Origin: Alphaproteobacteria bacterium
Lineage (GTDB): Bacteria > Pseudomonadota > Alphaproteobacteria > Rs-D84
Reading direction: 5' to 3'
Assembly: GCA_015062485.1 (NCBI GenBank)
Contig: SUUO01000005.1
Coordinates: 658 to 64,657 of the forward strand
Length of the DNA: 64,000 bases
The notes beneath the pieces are model-generated. The model did not search any database. It had not been told where the DNA came from and saw only the letters and a program-made list of their open reading frames with translations. Every line of letters starts with the position of its first letter. Positions within the stretch are counted from its first letter, which is position 1. Below, piece after piece: positions 37,600 through 47,597 of the stretch. A program made the translations under genes and the position numbers.

Positions 37600-37651
37600 A
37601 ATCCCTCGGGCAGCTACCAAAATTCAAACCGCCAGATTAGGCGGTATTTTT
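37600..37651 (+). other. Possible degenerate relic of a tRNA 3' end plus terminator
   Basis: aatccctc...gctacca-aaattc resembles the intact tRNA at 30645-30670 (aatccctc...gctacca-gaattt). A ccgcc/ggcgg hairpin and T-run follow. Confidence 0.4.
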
Positions 37652-37655
37652 ATAG

Positions 37656-37904
37656 TTATTTCTGTTTTGTATATGATGGGCAATGTTTTCTTGCTAATTC
37701 GTGTGCTTGGGCAATCAACATAGGTATATAAATTTGACGTGTAAAATCACTGTCAATTTGTATCTCCATTGTTGCCAACAATGGATTTAACTTTGCATAT
37801 GTTCCTGCTGGTCTGCCACAGTTATGATAACGTGTAATTATCTTTATCTCACATTTACTTTCACATCCTTCACAATAATACCTGGCTTCTTGTTCAGATG
37901 ACAT
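37656..37904 (-). CDS. Hypothetical Cys-rich small protein (82 aa)
   Basis: CEGCESKC...HNC cluster. No family recognised. Confidence 0.35.
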   Translation of the reverse strand: MSSEQEARYYCEGCESKCEIKIITRYHNCGRPAGTYAKLNPLLATMEIQIDSDFTRQIYIPMLIAQAHELARKHCPSYTKQK

Positions 37905-38059
37905 TTGTGTTCCCTTTTATTTTCACACAATAAGCATATAATAAAATATTTTTTTGTCAAACATTATATCATAAAAACTTACCCTTCACACTCTTGCACG
38001 GTTGACTTTTTTTTAGATATTCTCTAATATGTACACGATATATGCGAAAGGGGATTTTT

Positions 38060-38557
38060 ATGCATAAATTGTTTGCGACTTTATTTGCGTTTTTACCGTT
38101 TGGGGCACTGGCAAATCCGGCGTGTCCCGTATGCACAATTGCGGTTGGTGCGGGATTGGATATTGCGCGTCGTCTGGGGGTTCCGGACAGTATTGTCGGC
38201 CTGTGGGCGGGGGCGCTGTTGACGTTGTTGGGTTATTGGATGCTGAAATGGATGGATAAAAAGAATTGGCATTTCCGTGGTCGCGATACAATTGTAATCT
38301 TGTTATCTGTGGCGATGATTGGTTTCGTGTATATGGGCGCGGTGGAATATGCACCAACATCGATTTGCGGAATGTTTACAATGGATCCGGTTTTGTTTGG
38401 TACAATCTGTGGTGCGTTGATATTTATCGGTACCGGAAAACTGTATCAATGGATGAAGAATAAAAACGGTGGTCACGCACACTTTCCGTTTGAAAAGGTG
38501 GTGTTGCCGATTGTCGCACTGGCCATTGCAAGTTGGTTGATGATGATTTGTTTCTAA
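38060..38557 (+). CDS. Hypothetical integral membrane protein (about 4 TM)
   Basis: Signal-like N-terminus with a CPVC motif and four hydrophobic segments. Confidence 0.5.
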   Translation: MHKLFATLFAFLPFGALANPACPVCTIAVGAGLDIARRLGVPDSIVGLWAGALLTLLGYWMLKWMDKKNWHFRGRDTIVILLSVAMIGFVYMGAVEYAPTSICGMFTMDPVLFGTICGALIFIGTGKLYQWMKNKNGGHAHFPFEKVVLPIVALAIASWLMMICF

Positions 38558-38572
38558 GTTAAGGGGGAAATA

Positions 38573-39130
38573 ATGAAAAAGATAGAATCTGTTCAAGAAT
38601 TTGTTGAAAAATTGGATGCCGCAAAAAAGGTTAATCCAAAAGATTTATCGTCTGACCAAGATTTGACAATTGGTATTATGAACCTGATTTCAATCGAAGA
38701 ACATTTGATGTTTTCGGGTGCAAAAACCGGTAAACACGAATACTATGATTTAATTAACCAGGTGCGTGAAATGCGTAAAAACGCAATGCTGAAAATTATT
38801 CCCGCGTACGAGGGCGAAGTATGGTGCATTTCAAAGCATTTATTAGCCGCCGCAATGCGCGTGTTCGAGGTTGGAACCAAGGCACTGGCCGCGGGCGACA
38901 AACAAACCGCATATGATTTATTTGACCAATCTTATGGGTTATACTGTATGTTCTGGGGGCTGAATATGGGTATGCTTGGTGGTGAGGCACCAAAATCCAA
39001 ACCGGCCGCCACACCAAAGGCAAAAGCAAAATCAGAACCAGCAAAAGCCGAAGTGGTCGCACCAAAATCCGGCGGAATGGGTAAATTAAAGGCCTGGGTT
39101 AAAAATGCGGTTAATTGCTGTATAGAATAA
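38573..39130 (+). CDS. Hypothetical protein with an Ala/Lys/Pro-rich C-terminal tail
   Basis: GGGGG RBS-like sequence upstream. Helical N-domain. The tail is PKSKPAATPKAKAKSEPAKAEV, ending CCIE. Confidence 0.5.
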   Translation: MKKIESVQEFVEKLDAAKKVNPKDLSSDQDLTIGIMNLISIEEHLMFSGAKTGKHEYYDLINQVREMRKNAMLKIIPAYEGEVWCISKHLLAAAMRVFEVGTKALAAGDKQTAYDLFDQSYGLYCMFWGLNMGMLGGEAPKSKPAATPKAKAKSEPAKAEVVAPKSGGMGKLKAWVKNAVNCCIE

Positions 39131-39159
39131 AAAATTCCGGCAAATGCCGGGATTTTTTT
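39131..39159. terminator. Bidirectional terminator
   Basis: tccggc...gccggga hairpin with flanking A and T runs. Confidence 0.65.
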
Positions 39160-39820
39160 ACCATTCAATTATTGCGCGCCCGTGTTGTTGTAGATATTCG
39201 TTTGCCTGACTAAAATGTTTACAACCAAAAAATCCACGATACGCAGACAACGGTGACGGATGTACACTTTTCAACACCAGGTTTTTATCAGGATTTACCA
39301 ATGCGGCCTTCTTCTGTGCATAAGAACCCCACAGCATATAAACAACATTTTCACGTGTTGCGACCGCACGAATAACCGCGTCTGTAAATTCTTCCCAGCC
39401 ACGCCCCGCGTGCGATGCCGCCGCGTGTGCACGCACCGTTAATGTTGAATTAAGCAACAATACCCCCTGGCGCGCCCAATGTGTCAAATCACCGTTTGTA
39501 ACCGATTTTCGTCCCAAATCAGATTCTATTTCCTTGTAAATATTAACCAACGATGGTGGCACCGGTGTTGGTGGTAATACCGAAAAACACAGCCCGTGTG
39601 CCTGACCGGGTTCGTGATATGGGTCTTGTCCAATAATAACAACCTTGACATCTTCAATCGGACACAGGTTAAACGCATTAAAGATATTTTTAGGTTCCGG
39701 ATAAATTGCGCGCCCAGACAAATATTCCGCGCGCACAAAGTCCGTCAGTTTGATAAAATAATCTTTATCAAATTCCGCGCTTAATGCGTCTTTCCACGAT
39801 TGTTCAATTTTTACATTCAT
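39158..39820 (-). CDS. ung: Uracil-DNA glycosylase
   Basis: VKVVIIGQDPYH, GVLLLN, and HPSPLS motifs. Confidence 0.95.
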   Translation of the reverse strand: MNVKIEQSWKDALSAEFDKDYFIKLTDFVRAEYLSGRAIYPEPKNIFNAFNLCPIEDVKVVIIGQDPYHEPGQAHGLCFSVLPPTPVPPSLVNIYKEIESDLGRKSVTNGDLTHWARQGVLLLNSTLTVRAHAAASHAGRGWEEFTDAVIRAVATRENVVYMLWGSYAQKKAALVNPDKNLVLKSVHPSPLSAYRGFFGCKHFSQANEYLQQHGRAIIEW

Positions 39821-39894
39821 AAATTCACCATATTTTTAAAATTAATTTATGTGTGATGAATGCGCCGTACAAACCAAAGGGAATGTACTACTTG

Positions 39895-40575
39895 CTACAT
39901 GACCGGCGGTTTACACAAGCAGGCATCCACAGAAATTAATTTTTGTTGTAACGCTTTCCACAATACCACATCTAAATACCCACGTGGTAACCCTGTTTGT
40001 TTTACCAAATGCGCAAACATATCATCACAGGCACATTTTATTTCAGGCGCCAAATTCCCATTATTTATTTTTGATTCCAATTCAGGCCGCCCTGAAAACG
40101 CCACCCCTAAACGTTGAATCCATATATCATATTTCACCAAATCTTCACCCAGATTGCGTGCCAAATGATGTGCGGTTATTTTCCCAATATGCGGCAGGGT
40201 TTCCAAATATTTTACACGCGAATCTGTATCACAACACGCATAATATCCATCACAAAAACTATGACGATTTTCCCATATTTTACAAATCGCATTTATTTTA
40301 TTTTTATTATTAAATATTTTTATAAGGCAATTAAAATCCGCCCCACCCTGTGACAGTAAATCCATAATATTTTTATGAATTTTTTTTGCCGTTTTTTGTG
40401 AAAAACCACCGGCCAATATTACATAGGCACAATGCCACGCAAATTCATCCGCCGAACAAATTTTACGTTTACGCAAGTTTTCTAATATTTCATCAAAACT
40501 TTGTGCATCACTGTCCAGACCGCTTGCGCGTAATTTGGAATCTATTTCAAAAAACCATTGCCGTGAAAAATCCAT
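39895..40575 (-). CDS. Hypothetical protein with a helix-hairpin-helix motif (HhH-GPD-like glycosylase fold?)
   Basis: LETLPHIGKITAHHLARNLG is a classical HhH pattern. The rest is not recognisable. Confidence 0.35.
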   Translation of the reverse strand: MDFSRQWFFEIDSKLRASGLDSDAQSFDEILENLRKRKICSADEFAWHCAYVILAGGFSQKTAKKIHKNIMDLLSQGGADFNCLIKIFNNKNKINAICKIWENRHSFCDGYYACCDTDSRVKYLETLPHIGKITAHHLARNLGEDLVKYDIWIQRLGVAFSGRPELESKINNGNLAPEIKCACDDMFAHLVKQTGLPRGYLDVVLWKALQQKLISVDACLCKPPVM

Positions 40576-40863
40576 TTATTGCCTATCACCCGCGAATTGC
40601 GCCATCTGCATATCATTCATCGCGACTTTATCTTTGACGTTTTGTTGTCCACGCGCAAATCCGCCTGTTAAGTCTTTTTTCTGCTTGCGCTTTGCGATTG
40701 CATCTTGCAGTTGTTTTCTGCGAAATTTTTTAAAATCAACATCAGATGCCGAATAACGTTCTGGATTTTTTAATTGTTCATCCAATTCATTGATTTCGCG
40801 TTGCCAGATGGCTTCTTGCGAATTATCAAAAACTTTTTCATTATCCGACATCTGACTTTCCAT
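40576..40863 (-). CDS. Hypothetical charged small protein (95 aa)
   Basis: Abuts the gyrB stop and the next gene's start. Predicted helical. Confidence 0.4.
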   Translation of the reverse strand: MESQMSDNEKVFDNSQEAIWQREINELDEQLKNPERYSASDVDFKKFRRKQLQDAIAKRKQKKDLTGGFARGQQNVKDKVAMNDMQMAQFAGDRQ

Positions 40864-40866
40864 TTC

Positions 40867-43317
<2,451 letters not shown>

Positions 43318-43343
43318 TTATCAAGAAAAAAGGGATAAAAACT

Positions 43344-43616
43344 ATGGCTGTAACTGCACAAAAATTTACAAAAGATGATTTTCTAAACGCGGCCGCTTTG
43401 GTTAAAAAATTAAGCACAGAATACGGAACAACATACGACCTTGAAAGTGTTAAAACGGCAATGGAATCCGAATACCGCAAGAAAACACAAATAAAAAATA
43501 ATATAAACATCCCAACAATGCTAATTTATGACGCAAAATGGACACATCGTCGGTCTTTGCGTCTGCACCCGTTGGGCCTTGAACAATTCAAACAAATCTT
43601 AGACAAGGGTAAATAA
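43344..43616 (+). CDS. Hypothetical protein (90 aa)
   Basis: Extended -10 (TGgTATAAT, 43310-18) upstream. Its stop is 1 nt before the next ATG. Confidence 0.45.
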   Translation: MAVTAQKFTKDDFLNAAALVKKLSTEYGTTYDLESVKTAMESEYRKKTQIKNNINIPTMLIYDAKWTHRRSLRLHPLGLEQFKQILDKGK

Positions 43617-43617
43617 T

Positions 43618-44187
43618 ATGAAATTTAAATTACTTTATTTTGGTGATATTTTAATCAACCCAAAAAAACGCGCACAACACATTGCAGACATCCGTATGCA
43701 GTTTCATCCACAGTTAAAAAAACTGGTCGAACACAGCCCGTGGAACAACCTGACCCAGTATATGGTTCCAAACCCAACCAAAAGTCCAATTACCACACGT
43801 CACGTTGGCGGTATCGATTGGAACCCAATTATTACACCAAACTTGAAATTGATTGCGGAACTGGATATTCAAATGTTACATCCCGAAATTGTTGGTGTAC
43901 CACGCTCGGATATCGATAACCGTGTTAAAACAATTATGGATGGGCTGCGTTGTCCACAAAACGAACACGAAATTGGTGCAAATACACCACGCGACATTGG
44001 TCCGATTTATACATTGCTGGACGACGACCATTTGATAACAAAATTGTCGGTTAATACCAGTCACTTGTTGGATGCTGGCATATTTGCCGAAAAAATTCAG
44101 CGCACCCCTGATTCAATCTTTATGATGATTGACGTCAACGTCCGTGTGGCAGAGGGTACACTTGAAAACCTGCCATTTATGGTATAA
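43618..44187 (+). CDS. Hypothetical protein with a RusA-like motif set
   Basis: PRSDIDNRVKTIMDGL followed by LLDDDHLI resembles the RusA RRRDLDNLQKAAFDAL...LDDAQV. 189 aa with insertions. Confidence 0.35.
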   Translation: MKFKLLYFGDILINPKKRAQHIADIRMQFHPQLKKLVEHSPWNNLTQYMVPNPTKSPITTRHVGGIDWNPIITPNLKLIAELDIQMLHPEIVGVPRSDIDNRVKTIMDGLRCPQNEHEIGANTPRDIGPIYTLLDDDHLITKLSVNTSHLLDAGIFAEKIQRTPDSIFMMIDVNVRVAEGTLENLPFMV

Positions 44188-44214
44188 AAAATCCCGCATT
44201 ATGCGGGATTTTTA
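44186..44214. terminator. Bidirectional terminator
   Basis: atcccgcat/atgcgggat stem with A and T runs. Confidence 0.8.
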
Positions 44215-44430
44215 TTTATGTTTCTTGCACATAATCATCATAATACCATTACAAATTATTCTCTCTAACATACGTTCTGGAATTAACAGTTTTCCACTTT
44301 CGATTTGTATTACTTGACGCTGGGTCACACCAAACATTTTTGCACAATCTGCACGTTTTAATCGCAAAGTCTTTCTGGTGCTTTTTAGATACTGTCCAAT
44401 ATATCTGGCATCAACCAAGATTACACTCAT
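44212..44430 (-). CDS. XRE-family HTH transcriptional regulator (72 aa)
   Basis: IGQYLKSTRKTLRLKRADCAKMFGVTQRQVIQIESG; GGAGG RBS. Confidence 0.7.
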   Translation of the reverse strand: MSVILVDARYIGQYLKSTRKTLRLKRADCAKMFGVTQRQVIQIESGKLLIPERMLERIICNGIMMIMCKKHK

Positions 44431-44454
44431 TTTTTTCCTCCATCTTTTTTGTTA

Positions 44455-44483
44455 AACAAAAAACCGCCACATTCAAGGCGGTT
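44455..44483 (-). terminator. Intrinsic terminator inside the XRE-gene leader (attenuator)
   Basis: Minus-strand RNA reads AACCGCC-UUGAAUGU-GGCGGUU followed by U7. It ends 25 nt before the XRE start codon. Confidence 0.7.
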
Positions 44484-44606
44484 GGAGGTTAACAACTACT
44501 GAATCAATAGCGTCGCTTATTGGATATTCGCGACCCTCCAACCAATGTTGGAGATATTTTATTCACGAGGTTGTTAAGCCCCACACCGGTTTCCCAATGC
44601 ACATAC

Positions 44607-44635
44607 ATTATACCGAATAAAACCCCCGGTTTCAA
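44607..44635 (-). promoter_or_regulatory. Near-consensus sigma70 promoter driving the leader and XRE gene
   Basis: On the minus strand, TTGAAA-17 nt-TATAAT. Confidence 0.65.
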
Positions 44636-44713
44636 TATTTAGATAAACTTTTATTTTTATAAGTATTATGTATTCATTAATTGAACTTTGCACTATGCAC
44701 TTTGAACTTTAAT

Positions 44714-44743
44714 AAAAATCCCGCCGTTTGGCGGGATTTTTTT
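44714..44743. terminator. Bidirectional terminator 3' of tRNA-Thr
   Basis: atcccgcc/ggcgggat stem with A and T runs. Confidence 0.75.
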
Positions 44744-44746
44744 CTC

Positions 44747-44820
44747 TGGTGCCCTAAGCAAGAATCGGACTTGCGACTCGTCCTTACCAAGGACGTGTTT
44801 TACCACTAGACTATTAGGGC
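44747..44820 (-). tRNA. tRNA-Thr (GGU)
   Basis: Manual fold: GCCCUAA acceptor, anticodon stem CGUCC/GGACG, loop UUGGUAA, T arm GCAAG-UCCGAUU-CUUGC, CCA. Confidence 0.75.
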
Positions 44821-44878
44821 GATAAAACGTGTCTTATTATACGGGCATATCTATAAAAATCAAGGATAAAAAACACCC

Positions 44879-45949
44879 TTATGACAGTGCCGCTGTAATC
44901 TGATCTTGCATCTGGAATGTTCCCAAAACCACCCACGCAATTATCAAAGACACAAACAAAATCCCTGCACTGTTCATCACATTGGATATAGATTCCATTT
45001 TTCGAACAGATTCCGCCAAATAATCATTTGCAACCTGACTCAGATTTTTATCAAACCCATTCATATCTGCATAAATTGTCAAATCCCCAACAATATCCGC
45101 GTCTGGGAATTCGCGCTGTGTTTTATTTAATGCAACCCCCAGGTTATCACCATTTGCAATAAAATGCAGCGCACTTTCCAATATAGACCGCAGATATTTA
45201 TTCGCATTATCGGCCAGCATTCGCATCGCATCCGGTATCGTCACACCCGACCCCACCATCGCAGACAACGCCATCATCCAACCAACACCCATATGAATTT
45301 TATAAACACTCCACGGGGGTAATTTATCAAACATTGCGCGAATACGGCCCGACCAATTTGCCAAACTTATCCACCCAATTAAAACCACCCCAATAAACAC
45401 ACCAACAATCCACGGCCAATACGCAATTGAAAAGTCGGACAGCGCAATCAAAGAACGCGCCGACCCACGCCACACAATATTATCACCGGCCACATCCGCC
45501 AACGGTGGCACCAGATAAATCCCCACCATTAAAATAATACCGAACGTCAATGCTAATAAAAACAGTGGATACATTATCGCGCCACGCATTGCGCGTGAAA
45601 TACGTTGTGTACCATCAACCACACGACCAACATTTTCCAACGCCAACACCAGGTTTGAAATATTACCAGACGTCACAAGCAACGTTTCATTTGGCGGAAC
45701 CCAGCCACGCGTTGCATCCGAAAAACTCATCCCGCGTTCCAGATTTTTTTGCCATTGACGCATAACAATTGCGAACGGTTCATTGGGCTTTTTTCCATTT
45801 TTAGATTCTATCATTTCAAGACGCCCCAGCGCATCCATCAACGTAAAATCATTACGCAACAACGACGCCAGTTTTCGACATATCGCCATACGTCGTTCTG
45901 TATTTAATCTGAACACCAGTTTTGCATACAGCATTTCCAGTTTATTCAT
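44879..45949 (-). CDS. GspF/PilC-family inner-membrane platform protein (type IVb PilR/BfpE-like)
   Basis: 356 aa with three TM segments and two cytoplasmic GspF-like repeats. Sits immediately downstream of the ATPase gene. Confidence 0.7.
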   Translation of the reverse strand: MNKLEMLYAKLVFRLNTERRMAICRKLASLLRNDFTLMDALGRLEMIESKNGKKPNEPFAIVMRQWQKNLERGMSFSDATRGWVPPNETLLVTSGNISNLVLALENVGRVVDGTQRISRAMRGAIMYPLFLLALTFGIILMVGIYLVPPLADVAGDNIVWRGSARSLIALSDFSIAYWPWIVGVFIGVVLIGWISLANWSGRIRAMFDKLPPWSVYKIHMGVGWMMALSAMVGSGVTIPDAMRMLADNANKYLRSILESALHFIANGDNLGVALNKTQREFPDADIVGDLTIYADMNGFDKNLSQVANDYLAESVRKMESISNVMNSAGILFVSLIIAWVVLGTFQMQDQITAALS

Positions 45950-45950
45950 T

Positions 45951-47585
45951 TTAATACACCCCCGGCTGGTCTAATTGTCCGACCCAACGTTCTAATTCAT
46001 CAACACCAATAATTCCCTGTAACATTAACGCGGACGCGGCCTCTTTTAATGTGCGTCCATCCATTTCTTCTAGCCAATAACGCACCGCGCCATCGGTATT
46101 CCCAGACAACGCCAGACGTAAAAATTCACTGTTTGTAATAATAACCTCTCCGGCTTTGATACGCCCCAGTGTACCCGTCCCTTTGCAATGTTCGCAACCC
46201 GTACCACGGATATAAACCTGGTTCAATCCAACATCACCAAACGCATCACGCACACGACGATATGCCGAACGCTGTGGATTATCAGATAATTTCTGGCGAC
46301 AATGCGGACACAGTTTTTTAAACAATCGCATAGACACCAATCCACGCATCAATGTTTCTTCTTTTAATTTAAATGGTTCAATTCCCAAATCTAATAAACG
46401 CGTCAATGCCGCCAACGCCGAATTCGCGTGCAACGTTGTCCAAACATTATGCCCCGACAGTGCGCCACGCACCGTCAATTCCGCCGCCGCCAACGTACGA
46501 ATTTCCCCAACCATTAACGTATCAGGGTCACTGCGCAATGCCGCCGCCAGGGCCTCTACATACTTTTCATCACGCTGTTCTTCGTTTGTGGTATTTACCA
46601 CCGGCATTTGACGTGCGCCAAAAATCTTTTGTTCAACCGGATTTTCCACCGTAATCATATTGATTTCATAGTTGCGCTCTTTCAACATCATTGACATATT
46701 GCGCACCAACGTTGTTGATTTACCAGAACTGGTTGGCCCCGCCACAATAACCAGCCCCGTTGGGAAAGAACGCATACGCGCCAACAAACGCTGTTCATAT
46801 GGGCCAAATTCTTGTTCGGTTTTTATCCCTTCGGATGGGTTATCATACAGCAATCGCATAACCACATAGCGCGACCCAAATGCAATCGGATTAAATTGCA
46901 TACGAACACCCAAAACCCCCGCCGGCAAATATAAATCTTTGGTCCCACGCAGCGGTGTCCGCCCATCTTTTTGTGCCGATTGATATTCATTCTGGGCATA
47001 GTTCGCGTTTGACATATCAGCCGACGCAAACGCGGCACGAACAAACGATTCCCCCCACCCTGAATTATATTCCAAGACCGGTTGCATACTGCCATCAATA
47101 CGGAAATAAATTGTTGTCTGGTCTGCAACCTCTATGTGAACGTCCGACACCTTTTGCGCCGCGGCCCGTGCGATAATATCAACAAAGTCTTTTTGCATCT
47201 GGTTATCGTAATCCTGGCGCGAACGATGGACGCCACCCAACGTCGCTTCATACATTTTATAGATACCAGATATCAATCCCAAATCTGAATAAAACGGCTC
47301 ACGCACGACGCGCCCACGTTTTTTAAGCAAATCTATAAACGCCAACACACGCCCATCATATTGATGTGTGCGCGACACAATAATTTCCCCACCGGAAAAA
47401 TACGCAACTATACCCTGGGTATCACGGGGCAATTCAAATTCCGCCCCCGTTGCGGTCAACAGACGATTACCATTTTCAAATAAATAATCAATAATATCTT
47501 TTGGGTCAGAATTTTCTAACCCAATCGGCACAGATAATTTCACTGTATCATTTTGCGCGCCCAAGATATTATTTTCTTTATCCAT
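45951..47585 (-). CDS. GspE-family secretion/pilus assembly ATPase (type IVb PilQ/BfpD-like)
   Basis: Walker A GPTSSGKST, Walker B/Asp box (DTLMVGEIR), His box (GHNVWTTLH), and tetracysteine CPHC...CEHC. Confidence 0.85.
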   Translation of the reverse strand: MDKENNILGAQNDTVKLSVPIGLENSDPKDIIDYLFENGNRLLTATGAEFELPRDTQGIVAYFSGGEIIVSRTHQYDGRVLAFIDLLKKRGRVVREPFYSDLGLISGIYKMYEATLGGVHRSRQDYDNQMQKDFVDIIARAAAQKVSDVHIEVADQTTIYFRIDGSMQPVLEYNSGWGESFVRAAFASADMSNANYAQNEYQSAQKDGRTPLRGTKDLYLPAGVLGVRMQFNPIAFGSRYVVMRLLYDNPSEGIKTEQEFGPYEQRLLARMRSFPTGLVIVAGPTSSGKSTTLVRNMSMMLKERNYEINMITVENPVEQKIFGARQMPVVNTTNEEQRDEKYVEALAAALRSDPDTLMVGEIRTLAAAELTVRGALSGHNVWTTLHANSALAALTRLLDLGIEPFKLKEETLMRGLVSMRLFKKLCPHCRQKLSDNPQRSAYRRVRDAFGDVGLNQVYIRGTGCEHCKGTGTLGRIKAGEVIITNSEFLRLALSGNTDGAVRYWLEEMDGRTLKEAASALMLQGIIGVDELERWVGQLDQPGVY

Positions 47586-47597
47586 TTGTGCCCCCAA

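Noticed and set aside
37301-37723. Three mutually overlapping ORFs (91, 74 and 102 aa) in the right att region.
   Set aside because: None has an RBS. They overlap each other on both strands and run through the 27-nt tRNA repeat and a terminator. The region is better explained as non-coding att/relic DNA.
44560-44606. A 34-codon leader peptide (MYVHWETGVG...) covering attenuator segments 1-2.
   Set aside because: Its AUG lies within or next to the predicted -10/TSS, and it has no Shine-Dalgarno sequence. It is therefore probably not on the transcript or not translated.
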